64,000 bases of DNA from an uncultured Chloroflexia bacterium (GCA_963703905.1 CAVPFY010000006.1:198841-262840); one strand, 5' to 3'. Numbered from the stretch's first letter, positions 18,211 through 27,604 are shown. Notes: a model not told the origin generated them from the letters alone. Made by a program: numbers and translations.

Positions 18211-20351
18211 TATTCTTCGTCCTCGAACTCCGTAACGGCCTCCGCCAACTCGGGCAGACCTAATCGGCGTGCCTTATTGCGAAGCGTATGACTAGCTGAG
18301 CGGTTTATCGCATTCTGTGCGAACTGAAATGCACGCGCTAATTCGACGCGATGGATAGCCAATCCCTCGCCCTTGTGAGATGTCGCTGGACTAGGAACGG
18401 TCAGGACATCATGGATTATGGCAAGCGGCTTGTCTGCAGCGGGGCGAAGGAGGCGTCCGCGTCGCTGGATAAACTCACGCGGATTCGAAGAGGAAGCAAG
18501 TACGAGGGCCTTATTCACCTCTGGGATATCGACGCCCTCATCGAGACAGCCGATGGCCACCAAGACTCCGCCGTGCCTACGGAAGTGTTCCATTGACTCT
18601 CGTCGCGACCCGAGCATCGCCGAGTGGTACTCCAGGGCAGGTAGCCCGAGGGCATTCAGAGATTCTAGGACTGACTTCAGTTGCCGCCGGTTATCACAAT
18701 AGACTAGCCAGCGGTCACCATCTCTGAACTCGCGCGACAAGACGTCAGCGGCCATAGCCACCTTGCCTTCGGCGTTCTTCACGATTCGCGCGCGTTTTAT
18801 GAGCAACATCTTGAATTGGAACGAGAGTTCCTTTTCTCCTGTCAGGTCGTCTGGAAGGAGAGCGTAAGCCTTCTCTATCTTCGTGGTGGCATCATCCCAG
18901 GCGGCCTGCTCTGATTCCGTGAGTGAAACTTCGTGCGTCCAGTATTCATATGGAACTAGCGCACCGGTCTTGATTCCGTCCTTGAGAGTAAAGGCTGGGG
19001 CCAAGTCTCCGGCGAAATAGCTTCGAATAGCAGAGGTGCCCTCGGGATCACCGTACCGTCGGGGCGTGGCACTTAGACCGAGGCGAGCACCGGCCGAGAT
19101 AGTCATGCATCTTCGATAGGAAGGACTGCCAAGCCGATGAACCTCGTCGGCGACAACGAGCAGATGATCTCCCGGAACAATCCGACTGAGAAAACGCTTG
19201 GATGCGGCGGTTTGGACAGTGCTAATCGTCAGCCTGGGACCGAGGTAGAGGTCTGACCTAGTAAAATCCGCGAGGCTATCCTCCCAACCGCGGTCTGACT
19301 TGCTTCCCCCGACCACTAGAAACCTTGGGTCGAGGTCGTCTAGGACTTCTTGAGCTATCTTGAACCATTGCAGGGAAAGTAGTTCACTGGGCACTAAGAC
19401 CAACGCGGGCCTGCCGTCCTTTATCCAGTCACGAATTATGGCTAGCGCAGTGATCGTCTTCCCGGAACCTGTCGCATGAGTGACAATCCCAGCGTGGCCC
19501 GACCTGTGCCAACTACGTAAGGCAGCCAATTGGTGAGGTCTCAGGTCATAAGACATTCTAGGTTCACCGCGCTCCCGCGACTCGTTTTCAAGTTCGACAT
19601 ACTGCTCTTGCCGGCCCAGCCCAAAGAAAGGCTTCACGACCAAGTCATGTTCGTTGCCGCGCCAGAGGGACTCGAAATAGGCCGCTACCGCCTGAACTCT
19701 TCCCATCTCCTCTGGGGACTCCCAGGACTTGAACGTAGCGATGACCTCGTGATTCCCAAGTGTTGAAAATGCGTTAGCACTCTCATTTGCGGAGCCGACG
19801 CTAGCGATGCGTCTCCCGCTCAACGCCGTAAAAATCGCGACTTTGGAGTGGAACATGCCGTTCGACGTGGTTGTCGTCGCGATTCTGATGTCTAACACGC
19901 CGCTCGCCACTAGCAACCTCAAGAGGTGCGTTGTCGACTGAGCGAGTGAAAGCTCGTTCAGAGCTGCACCTCGTTCTTGCGCGGTTGACGCAAACCTTTG
20001 CCGATAACCTTCCGAAATCGCTTCCCAGTCGGCATCTGAAACTCGAGGTGAGCAAACGAGGCGCATCCTTCCGCGTCTATCCGCGAACTCCAAAATCTCG
20101 GGCTTGACTAGTTCAAAGACCGAGCTGCTAAAGAATCCTGCGGCGCGGTCGTACTTGATCGCCGTAGCAATTGAAGGCGCATACAAGTCCTGAGCAAGGT
20201 TGCACCCACTGCTCGTGTGCCAGCCAATTTCCGGCTGACGGTCAACGAGAGAGTCAGGAGGCGTGTTCAGTGAGTCTTTCCTGTTCATCACTCCACGATG
20301 GTAGATGCTGATTGCCCGAGGGCCTAAAGTAAAAAACTTTACTTCGAGCAT
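18210..20351 (-). CDS. PLD-family (HKD) nuclease domain fused to an SF2 DEAD/DEAH-box helicase (ResIII plus Helicase_C)
   Basis: N-terminal HKD motif MFHSKVAIFTALSGRRIASVGSANES. Helicase motifs LRPHQLAALRSW (Q), HATGSGKT (I), VVADEVHRLG (II), GLSATPRR (III), VLVAIGCLDEGVDIPEVN (V), QRRGRLLR (VI). 713 aa, intact. Confidence 0.85.
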   Translation of the reverse strand: MLEVKFFTLGPRAISIYHRGVMNRKDSLNTPPDSLVDRQPEIGWHTSSGCNLAQDLYAPSIATAIKYDRAAGFFSSSVFELVKPEILEFADRRGRMRLVCSPRVSDADWEAISEGYRQRFASTAQERGAALNELSLAQSTTHLLRLLVASGVLDIRIATTTTSNGMFHSKVAIFTALSGRRIASVGSANESANAFSTLGNHEVIATFKSWESPEEMGRVQAVAAYFESLWRGNEHDLVVKPFFGLGRQEQYVELENESRERGEPRMSYDLRPHQLAALRSWHRSGHAGIVTHATGSGKTITALAIIRDWIKDGRPALVLVPSELLSLQWFKIAQEVLDDLDPRFLVVGGSKSDRGWEDSLADFTRSDLYLGPRLTISTVQTAASKRFLSRIVPGDHLLVVADEVHRLGSPSYRRCMTISAGARLGLSATPRRYGDPEGTSAIRSYFAGDLAPAFTLKDGIKTGALVPYEYWTHEVSLTESEQAAWDDATTKIEKAYALLPDDLTGEKELSFQFKMLLIKRARIVKNAEGKVAMAADVLSREFRDGDRWLVYCDNRRQLKSVLESLNALGLPALEYHSAMLGSRRESMEHFRRHGGVLVAIGCLDEGVDIPEVNKALVLASSSNPREFIQRRGRLLRPAADKPLAIIHDVLTVPSPATSHKGEGLAIHRVELARAFQFAQNAINRSASHTLRNKARRLGLPELAEAVTEFEDEE

Positions 20352-21376
20352 CAGGGCTGGAGGTCATTTAGGTCGTCGACTAGATTCATGCCCGCGCGGA
20401 AGTCCTTTTGTTCCAGTGGAAGAAGGATGACCTCTCGCACGCCGCCATGGTCGTCTAAAAGGTCGATTCCGCGATCAAGAACAAAGGAGAACTGTTCCGT
20501 AGCGAGAAAGCGTGCGTGTTCTAGATGGGAAGCCGTCGTTTCGGCTTTAACAACGATTCGGACCGTCACTCTAGGTGAGAGCGCTTGGAGATCACTCTCC
20601 AAGCGCTTTAGAGCTGCTAGAACCTCTTTCTGGCCTGCCGGACTGATCAGATTCGTGCGGATGCCCGTGTATATCGTTAGTTCTCGTTCATCAGTGCCGG
20701 TCGGGCCAGTCGCGTCCATCTGCTCGACCACCCAACGCGTCGTTGAGCGGTAGCCGAGGTTGATTGTTGCTTCGCGCTGGCCGCTTACCTTGGCTACGAC
20801 ATGGCTGCCGAGTGCGTAATCAACGATCGTCAGCCGGCGAGCGTACTGGAAGAGTGGCTTCCAAACGAGATCCTCGATTTGACTGATAGTGAATTGCCCT
20901 GGCGTGGAACGAAAGCTGCGGGCTGCAGCCAGGTTCTCCCGGCCTTCATAGCTGGCGTATTGGAGGGGGTCTTGAAAATGAATCGGACCAGCGTCGCACA
21001 GATGCACATCGGGACAAGCCGTGGGGCGGACAACAAGATCCGTCTGGCATATGGACGTCAAATAGAGCGCCACTGAGCAAGCCTTTTCCTGGCATTCAGT
21101 CTGTGGAGACTTCATGCCATCGGCGGGAACTCTCACGATTCGATGACGAGTGTCAAGATTCCGAAGCAGTTCCTTGGCTCGCTTACGTCTGTTGACGTCC
21201 CAGCGATCAAGGTATTGGGTTATGGCCTTTCTGATGGATCCTTCCCGATCGAGGAGCAGTAAGGTTCCGTACTGCGCGTCCACAAGAAGGTTTAAGATCA
21301 GCGCTTCATACACTTGGCCTGCGGGCTCCACAGAAGAATCGTAAGCCTTAGGAAGGTGCACGGTCTTGATTAACAT
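20351..21376 (-). CDS. Hypothetical protein (341 aa), coupled partner of the upstream ABC-type ATPase
   Basis: Start overlaps the ATPase stop and its stop overlaps the PLD-helicase start. No recognizable catalytic motif. Confidence 0.5.
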   Translation of the reverse strand: MLIKTVHLPKAYDSSVEPAGQVYEALILNLLVDAQYGTLLLLDREGSIRKAITQYLDRWDVNRRKRAKELLRNLDTRHRIVRVPADGMKSPQTECQEKACSVALYLTSICQTDLVVRPTACPDVHLCDAGPIHFQDPLQYASYEGRENLAAARSFRSTPGQFTISQIEDLVWKPLFQYARRLTIVDYALGSHVVAKVSGQREATINLGYRSTTRWVVEQMDATGPTGTDERELTIYTGIRTNLISPAGQKEVLAALKRLESDLQALSPRVTVRIVVKAETTASHLEHARFLATEQFSFVLDRGIDLLDDHGGVREVILLPLEQKDFRAGMNLVDDLNDLQP

Positions 21377-22936
21377 CAGGAGAACATCTCGCCGTAGGCT
21401 TCTTCAAAGAAACCATCCGGCCAGTCGTCGAGAAAGTCGCCATCCTCGCCGAGACGCAAGACCTCACAAACTGAACCGGAGGACTTCTTTCGCACGTAAA
21501 TGACGGAAATGTCAGACGGGCCAAGCTGCCCTTCTCGGATGAGCCTTTGAAGTCGGAGGATGAGGTGCTCGCTATGCGTCTCAATGAGAAACTGGTTCGG
21601 TGTGGGTCCTGAAATCGCGTCCGCAAAGAGTGAGCCGAGTTCGGCTTGGAGCCTCGGATGCAAATGTATCTCTGGTTGTTCTATGAGAACTGTGGCCCGT
21701 TGGGATAACAACGACTGCACAATGATAGGAAGGACTTGGCTTATACCGAAGCCAACTTCCAGAAGGTTCATTTCAACGCCAGAGTCATTGTCCGTCAATA
21801 GGAGCCTAAAGACGTCGTCCGTTTGGCCGCCCCTGGAATGATCAACACTCAGAACGTAGCCAATCCCGAAGCTCTTGAGATAACTATTTACGCGTTCCAA
21901 AACTTCTGGTCGCGAACTAAGAAGCTCTGGCAAGTTCTCTCCCGCCTTACCCACTGTCGCCGCCGGGTTACCACTTGCGATGTAGTATCTCGAAGGATAT
22001 TCGCGTAAAGGCCCGAGGTAAGTCATCCGGTCCCATTGCGCTTTAGCACGCGTAGCTAGAGCGATGGCCCAATCAAATGGGTTAGGGCGCCATGCACCTT
22101 CGGAAGGGAGGGTTGTTGCAGGGAGCGATGCAGGGTCATTGAACCGCGATGCAAGCCGTGCCTTTTCGTGAGGTATGAAGCTCCGAAGAAGCAATACCTC
22201 TTCGTTCCCAACAGACTCAATGTCTTCTATGAACAGCTTCGAGCTGTAATCTGAAAGCCTGCGAGCGTGGTCAGTCAGCCGAGCATATTCCTGGCCAGGC
22301 TGTGTTCCTTCTTCTCTCATTCGGTCCACTAGATCGATTAGGTTGCCCAAGTATTCTTGACGCTGCTCCCGAGTTGCTCGATAAAAGTCCTCCCAGAACG
22401 GGTGGTCTACATTGACACGCGGGGAACCAACACTCAAGGAGTCACTATTCGCCGAAGAAGGCACGAGAGGAGTAACTTCCTTACTCCGAGACCCGAGAGT
22501 CAAGATCGGCTCATGAGAGTCGTTGCGATAGATCGGAAGCTCGCTGAGTTGAATTGTCTTGGTCGCGTCGTCAAGAAAAAATCGGATACCGAGCCCCATT
22601 GCACTTTCGCCGGTGGGGTCCATCACTACCCGCAACGGGTCAGCTAACGTCATGTCTGAATCATCCAGTAGGAGTGCAATCTCGCAGAGCCGCGAGGAGT
22701 CGTGACCATACACAAAGTCACTGAAGCCCCCAAGGTCAGTAAGACGACCTCTCGTAATTCAGGAAACGGTTTGTATCACCTTGCTCAGCTAAAGTTTGCT
22801 TGAGTAACAATAGAGACTGTAACAGCGACGATTTGCCAGAACTATTGGGGCCGAAAATTAGCGTTATTGGAGCCAACGGGACGTGAACCCGGTTTCCGAA
22901 GGCCTTGAAATTTTCCAATACCAGCGACTTGAACAT
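21376..22936 (-). CDS. AAA_21/ABC-type ATPase with DUF3696-like C-terminus (OLD/PARIS/AbiL-class defense ATPase), one frameshift near 22720
   Basis: N-terminal 66-aa ORF LENFKAFGNRVHVPLAPITLIFGPNSSGKSSLLQSLLLLKQ (Walker A). It continues in ORF 21376..22713 with YLGPLREYPSRYY (Q-loop-like), LEVGFGISQVLPIIVQ (signature-like), TVLIEQPEIHLHPRLQAEL (Walker B/D-loop) and IETHSEHLI (H-loop). Confidence 0.75.
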
Positions 22937-23772
22937 TAGTGGTCCTTCTGTCGAATCACTCGACTTCGTCGAGATCGAATGCCCAAAGCAAGCAGCCGAG
23001 CTCGGAGTGTATGCGGCTTGAGGCCGAGCGATTTAGCCGCAGCTGATGCGTTTCCGGCCTGTGAGTCTAAGGCTCGAATGATGATTTCGATTTCTTGTGC
23101 CTTCAAATAGTCGCTAAGCCCAACGCCCTCGGACAGCTGCTGGCCTGGATACGCGGAAGGTTCTGCCTGATTCTGAGTTAGTTGGGCCTTCAAAAAGAGA
23201 TTCTCTAAACGCAGGTTCTCATTCTGACTTCTCAGCAGCCGCAACTCATTGTCTCCACTTGGCGGGACAACGGTCGGTAGATCCGAGCCATCTAGGTCTA
23301 CGGGTCGCCAGAATGGAACGCCGGGAGTTGCCAGGTCAAGCGGAGTCGCAGTTAGCATCTTGGCCGGAAGTATCTTGGATTGAACCAGCAAGAACCACAC
23401 GGTCTGCATCTGGGGTGTGCCTGGAGACAGATAGACGTAATAGCTACGCTCTTGATTGCCTTCGTCATTGACGATCTCTTCACACGTCTGGCGTGTTGCG
23501 TGAAAGACTTCCGTATAATCCGTCACATTAACTACATCCACGACCTTCTGAGTGACTCTCATCGCGGGGTAGAGCTTTCGGCACTCGCGAAGCAGCGCTG
23601 TCGCGCGAGTTGCATAATCATTAGGTGACCCGAATAGATTAACAAGGAAATAGATGGCAGCAAAACGTCTTGCGGAGAGCAACGATAAGATAGGCCCTGG
23701 TTCATCCCGTTTGGTCCTCGGGTTAAACCACGTCGGATCCCTTGAACCGACCCAGGTTAGGAGCACATCCAA
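22936..23772 (-). CDS. Putative regulator with N-terminal CARF/RtcR-N-like domain and C-terminal Fis-type HTH, no AAA+ domain
   Basis: N-terminal MDVLLTWVGSRDP...YVYLSPGTPQMQTVWFLLV. C-terminal IEIIIRALDSQAGNASAAAKSLGLKPHTLRARLLALGI is a classic Fis/NtrC-type HTH. Its stop overlaps the start of the ATPase gene. Confidence 0.55.
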   Translation of the reverse strand: MDVLLTWVGSRDPTWFNPRTKRDEPGPILSLLSARRFAAIYFLVNLFGSPNDYATRATALLRECRKLYPAMRVTQKVVDVVNVTDYTEVFHATRQTCEEIVNDEGNQERSYYVYLSPGTPQMQTVWFLLVQSKILPAKMLTATPLDLATPGVPFWRPVDLDGSDLPTVVPPSGDNELRLLRSQNENLRLENLFLKAQLTQNQAEPSAYPGQQLSEGVGLSDYLKAQEIEIIIRALDSQAGNASAAAKSLGLKPHTLRARLLALGIRSRRSRVIRQKDH

Positions 23773-23807
23773 CGCTTCGCCCCGCCTCTACGAATAAATT
23801 CGTTGCA

Positions 23808-24374
23808 TTATAGGTAACTTCCTGACCTCGAAGCCGGTATGCCGTCTCGTGGGAGGTCAGTCATGTCTCCAACCAGGCTTTCTAGCAGGGCGCAGTCTGC
23901 CTCAAGCGAGATCTGAAGCCGTTCAACGGTCTCAGAAATCTTTACGGCGTTGCTTCTCGCGGTGTCCGACCACTTCCGAACTTCTGAGAGGTCCTTTGTT
24001 GCACGCGCTATGCGTTCGATCGCATGACTGAGCCTCTCGAGTTCTGGGTGGCTTCCTCTCTTGCTTGTTCTGGCGCCCGCAAGGAGCGAGACCCCTACGG
24101 CCAATGCTGCCCTCAGAAGCCACCCGGTTGGGTCAATATCGGGATCCCAGACCACAATGACATCATTTCCGACTCGCCAGATAGGCTCTAGGTTGGCGGG
24201 TGCCACGCTCTGCGAAAAAACAAAAACACCAACTTCAGCTTGCCTATTCTTCCGAGCCGTCGCCAACTCATCGAGGGCCTTCTTGAGCGAGTAGCCTGCG
24301 GCGTCCTTCGCTTCGACCACGATGCGCCCCGCATGGAGCCGCGGAGTCATTGCTGAGCGTGACGACGAAGTCAC
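23808..24374 (-). CDS. Hypothetical protein (188 aa), possible PD-(D/E)xK-like nuclease fold (weak)
   Basis: GRIVVEAKDAAGYSLKKALDEL resembles an (E/D)xK nuclease motif in a beta-strand context. Tentative. Confidence 0.4.
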   Translation of the reverse strand: MTSSSRSAMTPRLHAGRIVVEAKDAAGYSLKKALDELATARKNRQAEVGVFVFSQSVAPANLEPIWRVGNDVIVVWDPDIDPTGWLLRAALAVGVSLLAGARTSKRGSHPELERLSHAIERIARATKDLSEVRKWSDTARSNAVKISETVERLQISLEADCALLESLVGDMTDLPRDGIPASRSGSYL

Positions 24375-25049
24375 CTACCTTGCAACGGGGCAGGTCACCA
24401 GGAAAGCTGCTGGTCTCATCGGGAGTGTGTCCACGATGCGTAGCAAAGTCGATGACAACTTTACCGACATCTTCTTGGAAGTCCCAACCATGAAGGGGAG
24501 AAGCAAGACGCTCCCTCTTTGAAGCAGCGACCCCAGCAAGCGTCGTCCTAACATCGGTCTGAAACTCCTTTTGGGTCTGACTGAGTTCAGTAAGGCGCAA
24601 ATCGAGTCGCCCGCGAGAGACGGCTCAGGGATGAAGACATCATCGTCGAGGGAGAATTGCTGGCTGATGGTCAAAGTGGCCTTTTCGGCTTGGCGAACCA
24701 ACCGGGACATCGACGAATTCGGATCGTCCAGCGACATTTCCTTGAGGAGTAGATCGATGTCGGTCTTGAATTCCTTCTTCATACTTCCATTCGCGTCTGT
24801 CGAATCCCTAGGGAGGCGCGACAAGGCTGAGCTCGGGTCGTCAAGTGTGAAGTCGGCCGCCAGCGACTCTCGTTGCGCCTCCAAGGCTTCAGTGACCACC
24901 CTTTCTAACATTGCCAAAAGGCCAGCCTTCTCGGACGGCGACAGCAATCGGAAAAGAGGGCTTTCTGTTCCAACGTGTAGGGCCAGCGTGTGCGCAAGAG
25001 TGCCGTCGGACCCATTGAGGTGCCTACGCAAGAGGCCGTCGGGCCTCAC
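24375..25049 (-). CDS. Hypothetical protein (224 aa) with internal LDDPxSxxSRL repeats
   Basis: FTLDDPSSALSRLP / MSLDDPNSSMSRLV / FSLDDDVFIPEP repeats. Adjacent to the previous ORF; a 66-aa ORF at 25024..25224 may be its frameshifted N-terminus. Confidence 0.4.
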   Translation of the reverse strand: MRPDGLLRRHLNGSDGTLAHTLALHVGTESPLFRLLSPSEKAGLLAMLERVVTEALEAQRESLAADFTLDDPSSALSRLPRDSTDANGSMKKEFKTDIDLLLKEMSLDDPNSSMSRLVRQAEKATLTISQQFSLDDDVFIPEPSLAGDSICALLNSVRPKRSFRPMLGRRLLGSLLQRGSVLLLPFMVGTSKKMSVKLSSTLLRIVDTLPMRPAAFLVTCPVAR

Positions 25050-25680
25050 CGCCGTCCTTCACGAGTCGCTCAATCCTCTGAGTAACGTTGCCGGTAAGAG
25101 GATCGAAGTACTGGGCGAGTTCCGAAGTCAGGCCACTGCGCAGTTGGACTGCATGGGACGTCAAGGTCCTCTCCAAATCGGACAAAAGGCGGTCCGACTC
25201 CTGCCTTAAGGAGACAATATCCATCTCCGCGAGCGTGCTTTAGGGAAAGCACGCCCAATCGCAGCGCTCCGAGCGCATAGCTCGTCTGGTCGCCTCGGGT
25301 TGCCTGGTTATCTCCTGGATGACCTCGGCGTCGATGACCTGGAGATGGAGCAATATCCCTGTGCTCTTGACGGGACTTCTTGGCTGGTCATATCCGCACA
25401 ATAAGCAGATCGACCGGATTGACAAAAGGTAAACACTTTTACTTCTACCAATTGCTCGACGCCCTACGCGCAGCGCACGTGCCGCGTTTAGGGCCATGGC
25501 GCCAACCGCAGCGGCACCCGACGGTGAACTGGCGAGCCCCTTTGTAAAGACACCAGCCTTGACTGCCAAAAGCGGCCTGAATCCAGTCGATTCGCCGCCT
25601 TCGGCCACTATTTCGCCGAGGGTGGCTGTGTGACAATTGCGCCGGTGGTAAAACAACTTGCTCTCAGCCTGGCGCCTTTA

Positions 25681-26632
25681 TTGCCACGTCTGCGTCGTAA
25701 TCGCGCGGCGTTCGTGCGGCGTATAAGACCACGCTGGGCACGTGCTTCCGCGGTGATAGCCTTCCATGGCTGAAATCAATCCCAGATGCGTCGGTCGACC
25801 TAATACTGACATCCCCGCCATTCGCCTTGAACAGGAAAAAGGCTTATGGCAATGAGCCCGAGTCAAGCTATGTTGAGTGGCTGCTGCCTTTCGCCGATGA
25901 GGTATGGAGGGTGCTTAAGCCGTCCGGCAGTTTCGTTTTGGAGCTTGGATCGGCGTGGATGCCTGGCAGTCCGACTCGGAGCCTTTACCAATTCAAAGTC
26001 CTGCTCGCCTTGACCGGCAGAGACGTAAAGCATTTCACCTTGCCCAGGACTTCTATTGGTATAACCCGGCCCGTCTTCCTTCGCCCGCACAATGGGTAAC
26101 CATTGACCGTGTTCGGATAAAGGATTCAGTGAGTCCCATATGGTGGCTCTCAAAAACGGAACACCCAAAAGCTGATAATCGTGATGTACTGAAGGAATAC
26201 AGTTCTGCACAGAACGATCTCTATAAGAATGGGTTTAATGCTGGACTAAGACCGTCTCATCACCGTGTATCCAAGGAAGCGTTCAACAAGAATAATGGTG
26301 GCGCTATACCCGCAAATCTATTACCTATAGAAAATCTGCTAACAGTCGCAAATACTTCGTCGTCCGATCGTTATCTCAAAGCGTGTCGAGAAAGAGGCAT
26401 CCTGGTACACCCAGCAAGATTCCCATCGGATATCCCTCATTTCTTCATAAGTTTCTTGACGGACATTGGGGATGTAGTTGTTGATCCTTTTTCAGGAAGT
26501 AACGCTGTAGGTGCGACGGCCGAGATCTTGCAGCGTCGTTGGCTTTCTTGTGATTTGGACATGGACTACGTGAAAGGTAGCCGGTTCAGATTTGATCCTG
26601 TTCCAAGTCTACTGCCACTGAGTCCAAGTTGA
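25681..26632 (+). CDS. Beta-class N4-cytosine/N6-adenine DNA methyltransferase (N6_N4_Mtase family), about 2 frameshifts
   Basis: RGDSLPWLKSIPDASVDLILTSPPF (motif IV, SPPF, preceded by the typical GD..L..LPD.SVDLI context). NPARLPSPAQW...W mid-region. C-terminal VVDPFSGSNAVGATAEILQRRWLSCDLD (motif I, FxGxG AdoMet pocket). The IV-then-I order is typical of beta-class enzymes. Confidence 0.75.
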
Positions 26633-27118
26633 AGGTGTGCAGGCCTCGCGTCAATCAACGTGCCTGGTAGCCGTTGCTCAGACCGTCGGAGTGGGTATCC
26701 TCCGGTGGGACCGCGACGGACTGGGTATCCGTTGCTCCGCGGCTATACCGGCTGGGCAGCACCGCGGCCTCTGCAATAGCAGTGGTGCCGCAACCGCACC
26801 TCGGCACGCCCGCAGGCCCGGCCTGCGGCTAATGCGCGTACGGTAGTGATCCATTAACAGGCGTATCATGTGTACATGTGCGGCTGCGTCTCTTCCGATG
26901 GGAGCAGCCGGGGCAGCGCGGCCGTCGCGAACGCGGCGGCGGGCTGCGATGGACCCTGCCCGCCGAGTGCGGGAGGAGGCCAAAGCTGTGGGTTTCTTGC
27001 TAAAGGCCGATTCCCCCCAGGCCTGCCCTGAGCGGAGCCGAAGGGATTGGGGGCCAGGGGGTCGCTTCCCCCTGATCCCGCGCAACTCGCTGGCGCGACG
27101 GCGGCGAAGGAGGCAGCC

Positions 27119-27604
27119 ATGCCTAAGGGCGGTACCAGGGTCGGCTCCGGCGCACCGCCGGGCAACACCAACGCCCTCAAGACCGGGCGCTACTCCCCCC
27201 GGTTCGTGCGCGCCGCCTGCGTCATCTCCCTCGCGCCCAGCCTTCATGAGGTCCTGCACGCCCTCCGGCGCAACCACCGCGCCCTCGGTGGCGACCCGTC
27301 GGCGCGCCGTCGCGACCATGACGCGCTTATGGCTGGCGTCCGCGACCTCGCCTATGAGCTCACCTGTCGCGACCTGGTGCTCCTCCAGGCCCTTCAGCAT
27401 GTTGTCGACGGGCTCGCGCCGGGCCGCCGCATCAGCTCGCGTGCACCTACCCCAACTCGCCCCGAGCGTGACCCCGTCACTGCCGCTCTCCTCCTCGCCT
27501 ACGATTTCGCCAGGACAATGCCGCCGCTCGCCGAATCCCTGGACCTCCTCGTTGTCGAGCGTCTCGATATCCTCGCGCGCGCGCCCGCGCCCGCGCGCGC
27601 CTGA
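27119..27604 (+). CDS. Hypothetical protein with N-terminal MPKGGTRVGSGAPPGNTNALKTGRYS motif
   Basis: GAAGGAGG RBS lies 6 nt upstream of the ATG. The GN.NA.K(T/H)G motif recurs in small phage/mobile-element-associated proteins; I cannot name the family. Confidence 0.45.
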   Translation: MPKGGTRVGSGAPPGNTNALKTGRYSPRFVRAACVISLAPSLHEVLHALRRNHRALGGDPSARRRDHDALMAGVRDLAYELTCRDLVLLQALQHVVDGLAPGRRISSRAPTPTRPERDPVTAALLLAYDFARTMPPLAESLDLLVVERLDILARAPAPARA

